A stretch of DNA of 27,158 nt from a virus (lineage: Duplodnaviria > Caudoviricetes). The stretch is taken from the IMG/VR virus record IMGVR_UViG_3300014638_000010, positions 1 to 27,158 of that record. The stretch is one strand, 5' to 3'. Each line of letters starts with the position of its first letter. Position 1 is the stretch's first letter. Below the pieces are notes generated by a model, which ran no database searches, had not been told where the DNA came from, and worked only from the letters and a program-made list of their open reading frames with translations. This document shows, piece by piece, positions 1 to 8,972 of this stretch. The translations under genes and the position numbers were made by a program.

Positions 1-190
1 CAGGAGTCTGGCCGCTTTCATCGTGCGTGAATCCGGCGGGATGCGATATGGACATCGGGCTGTCCCGGAAGGGTGCCGTGAGCAATCCCACGATCACGTC
101 ACCCTGCACGCCCGTGACAATCGCCGCCGAGTGCGCGCCGTTTTCCTCGACAAAGTGAACGATCCGTCCAATGCTGGGTTTCTGATCCAT
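1..190 (-). CDS. Small phage hypothetical protein, 3' end outside window (MDQKPSIGRIVHFVEENGAHSAAIVTGV...)
   Basis: Not in the ORF track. ATG at 190 lies 4 nt after the endolysin stop and the frame is open to the window edge; KPSIGRIVH...AAIVT resembles a common small phage family. Confidence 0.75.
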   Translation of the reverse strand, partial: MDQKPSIGRIVHFVEENGAHSAAIVTGVQGDVIVGLLTAPFRDSPMSISHPAGFTHDESGQTP

Positions 191-194
191 GGCG

Positions 195-608
195 CTAGGC
201 TACTACGCCGGCGGACTGGTCGCCAGGGGCGTAATACGCGATGACGGTGCCCGTCGACGTGTAGCACCATTCGGCCGCGATCGCGCGCGTGTCAACGTGC
301 AGATATGGCGGCTGGTCGGAACGCCCGATTCCGCGGAATGCAGGGATCTGGCGCGCGACCGCTTCTAGCTCTGCGGCCGTCATTCCTTCGACGCGGATGT
401 CGGCCGCGATGCCCTGCAAGTGCTCGGAATGCGGCGCTCCTCCGACTTCGGCGTTGTGCACCGCGCAGCGGTAGGCGTCGTCCACCAGAATTGGTGTCCC
501 GATCGCGACTCGCAGCGCTTCAAGGGCGTCGAGCAGCTCCTGCTGGCAGAGATTCACGCCGCAGTGATGGCACGCGAGTTCCGCGTCCTTAAAGTGCTCC
601 GATTCCAT
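195..608 (-). CDS. Peptidase M15 (M15A-like Zn D-Ala-D-Ala peptidase), probable endolysin
   Basis: HFKDAELAC..CG, AYRC..HN..VGGA..SEH..GIAADI and HVDTR motifs of the Peptidase_M15_3 family. Confidence 0.9.
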   Translation of the reverse strand: MESEHFKDAELACHHCGVNLCQQELLDALEALRVAIGTPILVDDAYRCAVHNAEVGGAPHSEHLQGIAADIRVEGMTAAELEAVARQIPAFRGIGRSDQPPYLHVDTRAIAAEWCYTSTGTVIAYYAPGDQSAGVVA

Positions 609-790
609 TACTTGATCGTGATCGTGAAAGTGATGGTCCGGCCGACGGCCAGCTGCCGCAGGCTCGCCATGAAATAATCGATGACCGGTTTAGCCTCAGC
701 CGGCAGCTCGGCGACCAGTTTTCCGAGGTCGACCGAGGCCTCGTCGACGATCTTCTCGCCAGCTCCCGCCAATGTGTTTTCCAGGCCCAT
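608..790 (-). CDS. 60-aa hypothetical protein next to the endolysin
   Basis: Start revised to ATG 790 (GAGGAG upstream; follows previous stop at 793); TAATG overlap with the endolysin start. Confidence 0.7.
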   Translation of the reverse strand: MGLENTLAGAGEKIVDEASVDLGKLVAELPAEAKPVIDYFMASLRQLAVGRTITFTITIK

Positions 791-792
791 GT

Positions 793-2010
793 TTACTCCT
801 CGAAACCGTGAAGGGTCAACACGCCGACAAGCGAGCTGCCTGCGGTGTACTTTAGCACGTTGTTGACGGCCGCGGAAGCCCACGGCATCGCCTCAAAGTC
901 AAGCGTGAAGAAACCGGTTGGCATCGTGCCGTTCGAGAGGAGATTGGCCGCAGCATTCGTGCTATCGAAAATCGCGAGCGTGTCGCTCACGCTGATGACG
1001 ATCACGGCTTTCGTGATGTAAAACGCTTTGCCGGAAGTTGGCGTCCAGGCCGCCACGGCCGTGCCGGTCGAAAGCGACACCGACTTGGTCACGCGCGTTC
1101 TGGCCTTCGCGCTCGGCGCTGTAAAGAGCGGATTGGCGTCGCTCAGGGCGTTTCCGCTCGAATCCGTGATGCTGACCTGCTGAATGCCCGTTCCGACGAC
1201 GGCGACGGCCGCGCCGCCAATCTGTTTTACGTTGACGGCCCAGCTCGCAGAGCCCGATGCCGTGCCCTGGTTTGCGGTAACCGTTCCCGAGACCGGCTGC
1301 GTGTTCGGGCTCGTCGCCGGCGAAACGTAGAGCGGGGATGCCGCGGTTCCGATCTCGGCGCCCGAGGCGTTGCGCGGGTTTGCGTGCAGGCCTCGGTTTG
1401 CCGTGATGCGCGCCGCCCCGACATCTCCCGAGGTCACGGCACCGACAGAATCGTTGTACACACCGCCGATCGGAGTCAACGGGGTGGCTCCCGCGGTGAA
1501 CGTTGCGCCGTCGTCCGCGGCCGTGCCGCCGATCGCGACGGAGCTGACGACGTTCACGTCGAGCGCGTAGTTGCCCGAGCCCGGATTCGTCAGGTGGACG
1601 TTGTTCGTTCCATCCGTAATTTTCGCGGCCCACGCGCCGCTTTGAGTCGCCGCGACCGTCCCGGTGACCGGGATCGTATCGACCCACGCCGATCCGCTCG
1701 AAATGCGGACCGCGACCGGCGCCGTATTGGCCGCTGAGACCGGAATAGCGCTGGCCGCCGAAATCGGCACAGTGACGCCCGAGGCGTCGACCTTGAAATT
1801 GGCCGCCGTGGCCGTGACGGGAACGAGAAAGCCGCTCGTGATGGCCGCTAGGTTGACCTGGAGGTTCCCCGAGCCGTCGGCAACGGCCGGCGAACTGGCT
1901 CCGCTCGCGCCGAAGTCGAGCTTGACCACCTGAACATCCAGACCGCTGACGGCGTCGACGCAGATGGCGGCGCCGGATCCGGGGGTAATCGCTACGCTAG
2001 TAAACGCCAT
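793..2010 (-). CDS. Ala/Ser/Thr/Gly-rich beta-strand virion protein (fibre/spike-like)
   Basis: 405 aa with recurring PVSGTVTA/PVTGTVAATQSGAW-type segments; located in the structural module. Confidence 0.7.
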   Translation of the reverse strand: MAFTSVAITPGSGAAICVDAVSGLDVQVVKLDFGASGASSPAVADGSGNLQVNLAAITSGFLVPVTATAANFKVDASGVTVPISAASAIPVSAANTAPVAVRISSGSAWVDTIPVTGTVAATQSGAWAAKITDGTNNVHLTNPGSGNYALDVNVVSSVAIGGTAADDGATFTAGATPLTPIGGVYNDSVGAVTSGDVGAARITANRGLHANPRNASGAEIGTAASPLYVSPATSPNTQPVSGTVTANQGTASGSASWAVNVKQIGGAAVAVVGTGIQQVSITDSSGNALSDANPLFTAPSAKARTRVTKSVSLSTGTAVAAWTPTSGKAFYITKAVIVISVSDTLAIFDSTNAAANLLSNGTMPTGFFTLDFEAMPWASAAVNNVLKYTAGSSLVGVLTLHGFEE

Positions 2011-2167
2011 TGGTCACCTGTTTCAGTCTTCCGCCGCGCTTCACGATCGCCTGGATCGCCCGCGCCGCAGTGAGCCCGTGTTCGATCGCCGTCTCGATCT
2101 CCGTCACATACGCGAGATAAAGCGAGTCGTCGGGTTTCACGTAAGGCACCTCGAACGGTCTATCCAT
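1997..2167 (-). CDS. 56-aa hypothetical protein (MDRPFEVPYVKPDDSLYLAYVTEIETAIEHGL...)
   Basis: Below the ORF-track cutoff; fills the gap and overlaps both neighbours by 8-14 nt. Confidence 0.6.
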   Translation of the reverse strand: MDRPFEVPYVKPDDSLYLAYVTEIETAIEHGLTAARAIQAIVKRGGRLKQVTNGVY

Positions 2168-2861
2168 TCGCCACCTGGTTCGTGAGCCCGCTCATGTCGA
2201 ACCGAACGAGCTCCGGAGGCATCCGGTCATAGCCCTGCTCGATGTTGCGGTTTCGAACGTAAGTCGCCATTTTGTTGACTGCGGCCATATAACGATCCCA
2301 GCCGGGCAGCGTCTTCTGCCACTCATCGCCGCCTTCCTTGGCCCTCAGTAGAGGAATTGCCCCATCGATGAGCGCCTGGTGATACTCGACCGGGATCGAC
2401 GGCGTGGTGCTCGGCGAGAGGACCGGGCTCGGAAGCTGCGCCGGCGTCTGGGCGTAGGTGATGTCTACCGAAGTGGACGTCGTCGGCTGCTTGTAGAAGC
2501 TGAGGAAATCGAAGCCGTTCGAGCTGTACCGCTGGGGCGTTCCGGCTGCGGCCCGCCACGATTGGTCAAGCGCCGCGAGGTCGTTCAGCCGGCTCGTTTT
2601 AAGCTTCGCCCCTCCATGAAGACGTATCCGGAGCGGAAGAATCCAATCCGGGTAGGTGGCCAGCATGTTGTAGCTTGCGGTCCCGTTCGTGAGAAGCGAG
2701 AACGTCGCGGTGGTCTCAAAGCACAGCGTCAGAAAAGCGAAGAGGTTTTGCAGGCAGTTCAGCGCGCGGCCCACCTCGGTCGGGTCGTAATAAGACGACT
2801 GCCCGCCCACGGCGTCGCCGAGACGTTCGAGAGCGCGATCGGTCATGTCGCCGATATTCAC
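2160..2861 (-). CDS. Head-tail adaptor/connector-like protein
   Basis: N-terminal helices (ALERLGD...ALN..Q), W...GTPQRY and IPVEYHQALIDGA segments typical of podovirus-type adaptors; GAGGGAG upstream of the GTG start. Confidence 0.65.
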   Translation of the reverse strand: MNIGDMTDRALERLGDAVGGQSSYYDPTEVGRALNCLQNLFAFLTLCFETTATFSLLTNGTASYNMLATYPDWILPLRIRLHGGAKLKTSRLNDLAALDQSWRAAAGTPQRYSSNGFDFLSFYKQPTTSTSVDITYAQTPAQLPSPVLSPSTTPSIPVEYHQALIDGAIPLLRAKEGGDEWQKTLPGWDRYMAAVNKMATYVRNRNIEQGYDRMPPELVRFDMSGLTNQVANG

Positions 2862-2877
2862 TTCCGGTTTTTCTCCC

Positions 2878-3039
2878 TCAATTGAGACCCAGTTTGAAGA
2901 CGAGCAGATCGGCTCCCAAGCGCACCAGAATCTCCATAAAGGCAGGATTGCGCTCGCACATACCGCAGTCGCACTTGTCTTCCGGAAATCGGTAGCCGCG
3001 GAGATCGTAGCGCGTGCGTTGTCGCATTTCGTGGCTCAT
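2878..3039 (-). CDS. 53-aa small protein with CDCGMC motif
   Basis: ATG 3039 forms an ATGA overlap with the upstream stop; true start is shorter than the tracked ORF. Confidence 0.55.
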   Translation of the reverse strand: MSHEMRQRTRYDLRGYRFPEDKCDCGMCERNPAFMEILVRLGADLLVFKLGLN

Positions 3040-4244
3040 CCTGGCCAGCCTTCGTGCCGCGGGCCTCGACGGAAGGGATACCCGGATCCGCCGTTCCCGC
3101 TGAACTCGTCGGAAAGCCGCAGATTGACCTGTCCGCGCTGGCCGGCGTTGATTTTGCCCATGGTGTCTAAATAGTCGGTGAACATGGCCTCGTAGGACTG
3201 CGCGATCGCGAGGCCGTCCGGCAGGAAAAGATCCGAGCTTTTCGGAAGCGTGGCCCGAAACATAGCGATGTCGGCCATGACGCCGTTGAACATCGCGCCA
3301 TTCGACATCCAGGCGAGCAGGCTCGTCGCCGTCGCGCTCGTCAGGGGCGCGGGATCGTAGACGTAATCGACGACGTGCGAAATGGTGTTTCCGCCGTAAT
3401 TCGGGCTCGACGGGATTGGGAAGAGCTCGACCTGCATCTGGGTCGTCGCGTTGTCCCAGCTGTGAGCCGCCCACCGTGGCGTCCCGTACTCAAGCCGTTG
3501 GGGCGCGCGCCGGTTCAGCTCTGCGGGGGAAATCAGCTCAAGGCCTCGATCCCGGTTGTGCATCGGGTAAACGCCGTTGAGGATGCGCGCGTTCGAGGGC
3601 AGTAGGAATACGGCCTGGTCGATGCGGTAGGAGAGCCCGGTGCCCGGCGCCACCGTAAGAATATTTACGGTGAAACCGCTCCCAGCTCCCGGGCTGGACG
3701 TGGCGACGCCGTTCGCGGGCGAATAACCGGATCCCGCGTTCGTGTCGAGAAACTGATAGGCGGTGACGGAGCCGCCGGCGCCGATTCCGGTGACGGTTCC
3801 GACCGCAGGCGAAACTCCACCCGATACCGTGAACTGATCGCCGAGCGCGTAGCCCGTTCCCGCGGCGCCGATCGAGCTGGTGAGGATTGCGCCCGTGGAA
3901 CCCTCATAATTTCGATCGAGCGTGCCGGTCGTTGCGCTCGCGTACGTGAATTGATAATACTCGGGACCGCAGCCGATCCGGATCATGAGCCCGGTCAGCG
4001 CCGCGGTCCATGCCGTTCCTACGCCAGTGATTGCGTTCGAGCCCTGGTTCACCGTGACTGTGCCGGAATTGACGCTGGCGGGCGATTGCAGCACGCTGAC
4101 GTTCTCCGAGCGCTTCCAGGGGATCGCGGACAGCACGCGCTCCGTGTAGCGCGTCTGAATCCAATTGTCGACGAGCTCCAGGTCGATCCCGGGCGCCGCT
4201 TTCGAAAGCAGCATCCGGAGCTGGCCGTAGGATTGGGCGATCAC
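3036..4244 (-). CDS. Adaptor-like virion protein with an inserted Gly/Thr-rich beta domain
   Basis: LELISPAELNRRAP...GTPRW...VELFPIP core parallels 2160..2861; residues ~55-205 are fibre-like (GTVTVNQGSNAITGVGTAWT; GTGYALGD). Confidence 0.65.
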   Translation of the reverse strand: MIAQSYGQLRMLLSKAAPGIDLELVDNWIQTRYTERVLSAIPWKRSENVSVLQSPASVNSGTVTVNQGSNAITGVGTAWTAALTGLMIRIGCGPEYYQFTYASATTGTLDRNYEGSTGAILTSSIGAAGTGYALGDQFTVSGGVSPAVGTVTGIGAGGSVTAYQFLDTNAGSGYSPANGVATSSPGAGSGFTVNILTVAPGTGLSYRIDQAVFLLPSNARILNGVYPMHNRDRGLELISPAELNRRAPQRLEYGTPRWAAHSWDNATTQMQVELFPIPSSPNYGGNTISHVVDYVYDPAPLTSATATSLLAWMSNGAMFNGVMADIAMFRATLPKSSDLFLPDGLAIAQSYEAMFTDYLDTMGKINAGQRGQVNLRLSDEFSGNGGSGYPFRRGPRHEGWPG

Positions 4245-4252
4245 GTCTTAGA

Positions 4253-4258
4253 ATTGCC
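4253..4258 (-). promoter_or_regulatory. GGCAAT(TC) putative late -10 element, 8 nt before GTG 4244
   Basis: TCAAG-N13-GGCAATTCTAAGAC-GTG; no SD before the start. Confidence 0.55.
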
Positions 4259-4259
4259 C

Positions 4260-5012
4260 TCAAAGGTTTGGCTTGAAAATGCCCGGCGCTCCAGAGACGG
4301 ATGCCGGCGCGAAGGCTTGCGGCGTTCCTGCCGTGCTGAACGGATCAAATGGCCGCGGCGTCCCGCTGAAGGTAGCCGGCGTAAAGGGCGACGGAAAACG
4401 GGCCTGTGTGAAGAGTCCGAAAACCAGCGCGGTCGATACGCAGCTTCCGGCGAACTGCTTGATTTGTATCCCAATAAGGGTTCCGGACACCGTCGCAACA
4501 GAGGAACAGGCCCCGGTGAAAGCAAGGTTTTGGATACCGATGAACGTCCCACTCACCGTTGCGCTCGACGAAACCGCCCCGGCCAGCGCGCCGGTTCCCG
4601 TCAGCGTTCCCGAGACCGTCGCGGTCGATGAAACGGCGCCGGCCAGGACTGCCGCGCCGGTGAACGTCCCGGAAACGGTCGCTGCCGAGCTTACAGCGCC
4701 CGCCAAAGCCCCGGTCGCCGTAAAGGTCCCTGACACCGTCGCGGCCGAGGAAACGGCGCCAGCAAGCGCGCCTGCGCCCGTGAACGTACCGGAAACGGCA
4801 GCCAGGGAGCTGAGAGCACCGGCGAGCGCCCCGGCGCCTGTCAGCGCACCGGCGACCGTGGCCGTGGAGCTAACGGCGCCGGCGAGCGCACCAGCGCCTG
4901 TCAGCGCACCGGCGACCGTGGCCGTGGAACTGACGGACCCAGAGAACGCACCCGAGGCCGCCGGCATATCCCACCCGGTCTGCCCCCACTTCGGTGTGCC
5001 CCACGTCGCCAT
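4260..5012 (-). CDS. Tandem-repeat virion protein (20-aa GALAGAVSSxATVSGTxTGA repeats)
   Basis: Seven clear 20-aa repeats plus two degenerate ones; AAGGA upstream of ATG. Confidence 0.8.
   Translation of the reverse strand: MATWGTPKWGQTGWDMPAASGAFSGSVSSTATVAGALTGAGALAGAVSSTATVAGALTGAGALAGALSSLAAVSGTFTGAGALAGAVSSAATVSGTFTATGALAGAVSSAATVSGTFTGAAVLAGAVSSTATVSGTLTGTGALAGAVSSSATVSGTFIGIQNLAFTGACSSVATVSGTLIGIQIKQFAGSCVSTALVFGLFTQARFPSPFTPATFSGTPRPFDPFSTAGTPQAFAPASVSGAPGIFKPNL
4401..4952. repeat. Coding tandem repeat with 60-bp period (~9 units)
   Basis: Rows 4801, 4861 and 4921 align almost base for base; the period matches the 20-aa protein repeat. Confidence 0.85.
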
Positions 5013-5022
5013 TTTGTTTTCC

Positions 5023-6597
5023 TTAGCTGTGGACCGAGAAGTGCAGCAGGTGAATGACGAGGGACGCGTTGTAGTTCGTCACGATAAACACCGCACTTCC
5101 CGGGGACGAAACGACGGAAGTCCGGGAGGTTGACGTGATGAGCCTCCACATGTAGCCGTTCGTCGAGTAGTAGTAATAACGGGTGGCCGATCCATCGTCG
5201 TAGATTCTGGTCCAGATCAGCGGAGAGGCCAGCTCATTGACGCCGATCCAAGCCACGACGTTGCTGCCCGCGCAGTTGGAAAGCGCCGTGCACGTCACCG
5301 TCGAGACCTGATAACCAGATCCAACCGAACCGTAATCCGCGAATGCGATCGCGGAGCTGCCCGACGGAGTCGCTGGCGTGATGCCGACGCCCAGTCCGCC
5401 GTTGCCGCCCGAGATATCGACGGTGAATGCCGCGTCTACATAATAGGCGCCCGAGCCGACCAGGCCGCCATTGCCGAACGATAGCACCTGCTGGGTATTC
5501 GCCGATCCTCCACCCGATGTGACGGACCAGAGAATCCCGCCGTGCGTCGTGTCGAACGTGGAGATGCTGACCTCGGTCTGGGTGAAGTTCGCGAGAACAG
5601 GCTGCGTGACCTTATAGCCGAAGACGTAAGGCTGCCAAGCGCTTCCCGTCCAAACGAAGTGATAGGGAGAATCTGTGCAGATGTACTCATTTCCTGCAAC
5701 TGTCGAGGAAGATGGCAGACTCGCGATCGCTCCATACTGAATCGTGCCCGCGCCGCTCATCGTGATTTTGAGGCTCAGGTCCACCGTATAAGTCCCGCCG
5801 CTCCCATTCGTCGAGAGCACGCGCCCGATCACTTGGCCCTGGTAGTTCCCCAAGGCCCCGATATCGTGGCAGTCCCCGGCCGTCGTGCTGCTGATCCCCA
5901 CGTAATCGCCGGCAACGGTGCTGCTGTCGAAAACGCAGGACTCTTGCCCGCTTTCCTTGATGACGGCCGAGCCGCTCGTGCCCGCGCCCGAGTCGGTGAT
6001 TCCGATGATGTTGGTGATATCGGTCGTCGCCGCGATCACGGCCGTGGACGGCGCGCCCGTCAGCTTGGTCAGCGTGTACTGCGTGGTGCCCGTCGTCCCG
6101 GCGTTCGAGATCGTTACACAGGTGCCCGAGGCGGAAAGCGCGCTCGAGGCACCCACGATGCCGCAGCCGACCGTCGTCAGCTCGGTTTCGATGGCCTTGA
6201 CTTCGGCCGCTATCTGGTTATGGTGCCAGGCGGTGATGACGTTCGTCACGGTCGCGCCGCTCGACGCGGAGGCGGCCGTGGTGCTCTCCGCTCCCCGCGT
6301 GCATCCCGAGTACGTGTTTGTAGAGAGGCTCGTGCAGTGAATCAGCTCGGTGCCGATCGCCATGATGATGGGCGCGACGCCCAGCGCGCTCGCGCTGGTC
6401 ACCACGACGGTGGTCTGGCTGTTCGTGATGTTGCCGTTCAGCGTCGTCGTTCCGAGGTTGGTCGCGACGAATAGATTGCTATCGGTCGCGACGGCCGACG
6501 GAAAAGCCGCGGTGTTGGGATTCTGGGCGTGCAGACCGACAAGAATGGCGATCGCCGCGAAGCCGAGAAGGCCCGCGGCCGAAAAACACTTGCGCAT
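5023..6597 (-). CDS. Fibre/adhesin-like protein with an N-terminal signal-peptide-like sequence
   Basis: MRK + hydrophobic stretch + LHA-QNP; E.I..TS....T...CTRG...TTA..ASSGATV beta domain, ITAWHHNQIAAEVKAIE helix and a beta-sandwich-like C-terminus; AGGAG upstream. Confidence 0.7.
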   Translation of the reverse strand: MRKCFSAAGLLGFAAIAILVGLHAQNPNTAAFPSAVATDSNLFVATNLGTTTLNGNITNSQTTVVVTSASALGVAPIIMAIGTELIHCTSLSTNTYSGCTRGAESTTAASASSGATVTNVITAWHHNQIAAEVKAIETELTTVGCGIVGASSALSASGTCVTISNAGTTGTTQYTLTKLTGAPSTAVIAATTDITNIIGITDSGAGTSGSAVIKESGQESCVFDSSTVAGDYVGISSTTAGDCHDIGALGNYQGQVIGRVLSTNGSGGTYTVDLSLKITMSGAGTIQYGAIASLPSSSTVAGNEYICTDSPYHFVWTGSAWQPYVFGYKVTQPVLANFTQTEVSISTFDTTHGGILWSVTSGGGSANTQQVLSFGNGGLVGSGAYYVDAAFTVDISGGNGGLGVGITPATPSGSSAIAFADYGSVGSGYQVSTVTCTALSNCAGSNVVAWIGVNELASPLIWTRIYDDGSATRYYYYSTNGYMWRLITSTSRTSVVSSPGSAVFIVTNYNASLVIHLLHFSVHS

Positions 6598-6609
6598 GCG
6601 TTTTTGCTC

Positions 6610-6798
6610 CTACTCCGAGGATTGCCGGACCCTCGCGACGGCGTGAGCCGTTCCCGAGAACTGCGCAAGCTCCTGTTCGAAGGCGAGGGCGCCGTCGAGC
6701 GCGAGCAGGATGATGTCGATCGCCGCATCCATCGAGTGCGTTGCGGGAATCGTCGGAATGATTTCTTTGAGCTTCTCTTTGGCTTGGCTGCGCGTCAT
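6610..6798 (-). CDS. 62-aa helical hypothetical protein
   Basis: Fills the gap between two structural genes on the coding strand. Confidence 0.6.
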   Translation of the reverse strand: MTRSQAKEKLKEIIPTIPATHSMDAAIDIILLALDGALAFEQELAQFSGTAHAVARVRQSSE

Positions 6799-6813
6799 TG
6801 CCGCAGTTTACGC

Positions 6814-7248
6814 CTAGGCCTGCGTGACCGTCAAGGCGTTGATGGCAGCCTGCGGCGTGATGCCGTTCGAGACCGCGAGCGAGGCCGTCAGCTCACCCAC
6901 GTAGAGCAAAAGGCCCGTGTTGCCGGTCGTCTTCGTGCCGATCGAAAAATAGGTGATCGTATTCGTACCGCCCGTGCAGGCCGGGAAAGTGACCGCCACG
7001 GCGTTTTCGGCTTCGTTCGAACTCACCGTCCACCCGGAAGAGGTGCGCGCGACGGCGACGCGTCCGTAGCCCGTGTAGGTCGCCTCGCTCGTCTCCTGGT
7101 TGCCGCTCGAAGGATCGGCGGTGTGCAGTGCGACGTACAGGTTCGTGAGCGGGCTCGATCCGGCGTTGTCGGCGATGTTCGCGATCGCCTGCGCGTTGAA
7201 GATCAGCTGCAGGATGTCGTTCGCGAACGTTGCGGGCATTCCAGCCAT
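6814..7248 (-). CDS. Conserved small phage tail/fibre-associated beta protein
   Basis: LYVALHTADP...E.TYTGYGRVAV.R...W...N...VTFPACTGG..TITYFSIG pattern recognisable from many phages. Confidence 0.75.
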   Translation of the reverse strand: MAGMPATFANDILQLIFNAQAIANIADNAGSSPLTNLYVALHTADPSSGNQETSEATYTGYGRVAVARTSSGWTVSSNEAENAVAVTFPACTGGTNTITYFSIGTKTTGNTGLLLYVGELTASLAVSNGITPQAAINALTVTQA

Positions 7249-7250
7249 AA

Positions 7251-7556
7251 CTAGGAATTGCCTCCCGCCGGCGGCTCATTCGAGAGCGTGACCTTTGTGC
7301 TTTGGACGGTTTCGCCCGCTGGGCCCGTGCTCTTTTGCTCGCCCATAATCTCGATGATCTGGGCGGCCCAAGGACTGCGAAAGAAAATCCAGCCGATCGT
7401 CGTCATCGTCGCTGAAAAGGACGCGTGGTTCAGCGCGTCGGGGAGCTGTGCCCAGCTTTTTAGCTCCCCAGAAAGCCACAGGTGAAAGCACGTCAGCAAA
7501 ATGTTGCCCGCGAGAATGAGCGGGACAATAAGCCACGGATTGCGTAGCTGTCTCAT
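7251..7556 (-). CDS. Small membrane protein, holin-like
   Basis: Hydrophobic segments PWLIVPLILAGNILLTCFHLWL and ASFSATMTTIGWIFF followed by a polar tail. Confidence 0.5.
   Translation of the reverse strand: MRQLRNPWLIVPLILAGNILLTCFHLWLSGELKSWAQLPDALNHASFSATMTTIGWIFFRSPWAAQIIEIMGEQKSTGPAGETVQSTKVTLSNEPPAGGNS
7257..7262 (-). promoter_or_regulatory. GGCAAT(TC) putative late -10 element, 8 nt before ATG 7248
   Basis: TCGAAT-N15-GGCAATTCCTAGTT-ATG; the GGAGG overlapping the motif is rather far (12 nt) from the start. Confidence 0.45.
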
Positions 7557-7946
7557 TTAGTGGACCGAGCCGGGCAGCGGGCTCTTAACCAGAATGCAAA
7601 TCACGTCCAGGCCTCCCGACGCCGCCTGCTCGACGGTCGAGCCGGTCGCGCCGGATTGAAGTTTGAAGTACAGCATGGCCTTCAGAACTTCCGTCGGAAT
7701 CTTGGTCTCGTCGCCGATCATGACCATGGTCGATGCGCCCGCAGTGATGGTAACGGCGTTGCCGGCGGAATCGTAGACCTGGAAGAAGTTCACGCCATCG
7801 ACCGAACCGAACAGCGCGATCGACGCCGTAGTCCAGGTCGAAGGAATGATGAGACCGGCGAGGAATCCTCCCCCCGTGCTGAGGATGTTCGATTGGACCG
7901 CGTTGTTGGCGAAGTTCGCGTTCGCGGTCGATACTGGGTAACCCAT
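7557..7946 (-). CDS. Small beta-sandwich virion protein
   Basis: IPSTWTTASIALFGSVDGVNFFQVYDSAG pattern; GAGGA upstream; lies downstream of the capsid genes. Confidence 0.65.
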   Translation of the reverse strand: MGYPVSTANANFANNAVQSNILSTGGGFLAGLIIPSTWTTASIALFGSVDGVNFFQVYDSAGNAVTITAGASTMVMIGDETKIPTEVLKAMLYFKLQSGATGSTVEQAASGGLDVICILVKSPLPGSVH

Positions 7947-7961
7947 TCAGGTCCTCGTTTT

Positions 7962-8942
7962 TTAGGTGACGTACTCGCCGTAGCCGGAAGTGCTCGCCGC
8001 GATGGTATTCGTCACCATGATCAGGATCGATCCGGACGCATTCCACTTGCCTGCCCCGACAAATCCGCACTTGGCGCCGCGGAGGACAACGGTGTTGGCG
8101 TCGACGACGGTCATCGCCTCGGTCAGCGACGTGGCCCCGGAGCCGACGGCGTTCAGGAAGAGACAGTCGTCAAACTCAAGCGATCTGTCGACCGTGCCCG
8201 TGGGCGAGCGCAAGAACTGTGGATTGGTCGCGTGTCCGGCATACATGCGCATCTCGCACTCACGGAAAATGTTGCGGGTCGCCTTGATCCCATTGACCGA
8301 GGTGTAAATATTGGCGTTGACCTGCGCGGAGCGCGTGATCGTGTCAATTCCGATGATGCAGTCCTCGAAGAAGTTCTCCTGGGCTCCTGCGAGCGAGATG
8401 TCGTAACCACCAGCAATGTCCATGTCGGCGTGGCCGAAACCGGCGATGTGACAGCCCTGGAAGTGATTGCGTTCGCCCGTGACCAACATACAGCCGAGGG
8501 GCGCCGTGGAGGGCACGCCCGCAAAAAACTCGACGCCCTTGAACAGGCAGCCGTTCGCCGAAACCGTGATCAGGGGCGATGCGCTCGCGAAAGTGGAAGC
8601 AAGAGCCACGCGAGAGCGGGGCGAAAATTTGGAGCCAGCGTTCACGCCGATCAGGTGGACCAGATCCTTGTTCCAAAGAAGGCCGGTCGTCGCCCTTTGA
8701 TAGTCCGTGGTGCCACCCGGCGTGTCCGACTCGGCCATCAGGTAGATGACGTCGTTCTGGTTGGCCTGCGCCATTGATAGAGCGGTCGCCAGGGTCTGAA
8801 GGGCCTGCTGCGGGGACCTGCCGCTGTTATTGTCCGAGCCGGTCCCGGGACGCACGAACCACGAAGTCCCCTGAGTGAGCATCCCGAGGACAGGAACGCC
8901 ACCGGACTGCACCGAGTTGAAATGGCTGACACCGTCATTCAT
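7962..8942 (-). CDS. Beta-helix (pectin-lyase-like) virion protein
   Basis: WFVRPGTGSDNNSGRSPQQALQT..ALS.A.ANQNDVIYL cap motif followed by N.F..C.I type rungs; AGGAGG SD. Confidence 0.75.
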   Translation of the reverse strand: MNDGVSHFNSVQSGGVPVLGMLTQGTSWFVRPGTGSDNNSGRSPQQALQTLATALSMAQANQNDVIYLMAESDTPGGTTDYQRATTGLLWNKDLVHLIGVNAGSKFSPRSRVALASTFASASPLITVSANGCLFKGVEFFAGVPSTAPLGCMLVTGERNHFQGCHIAGFGHADMDIAGGYDISLAGAQENFFEDCIIGIDTITRSAQVNANIYTSVNGIKATRNIFRECEMRMYAGHATNPQFLRSPTGTVDRSLEFDDCLFLNAVGSGATSLTEAMTVVDANTVVLRGAKCGFVGAGKWNASGSILIMVTNTIAASTSGYGEYVT

Positions 8943-8972
8943 GAGAGAAAACCTCCTGTCGAAGTTTGCGGC

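Noticed and set aside
4401-4952. 60-bp periodic repeats as a possible CRISPR array
   Set aside because: No constant repeat with unique spacers; variation is codon-like within an ORF
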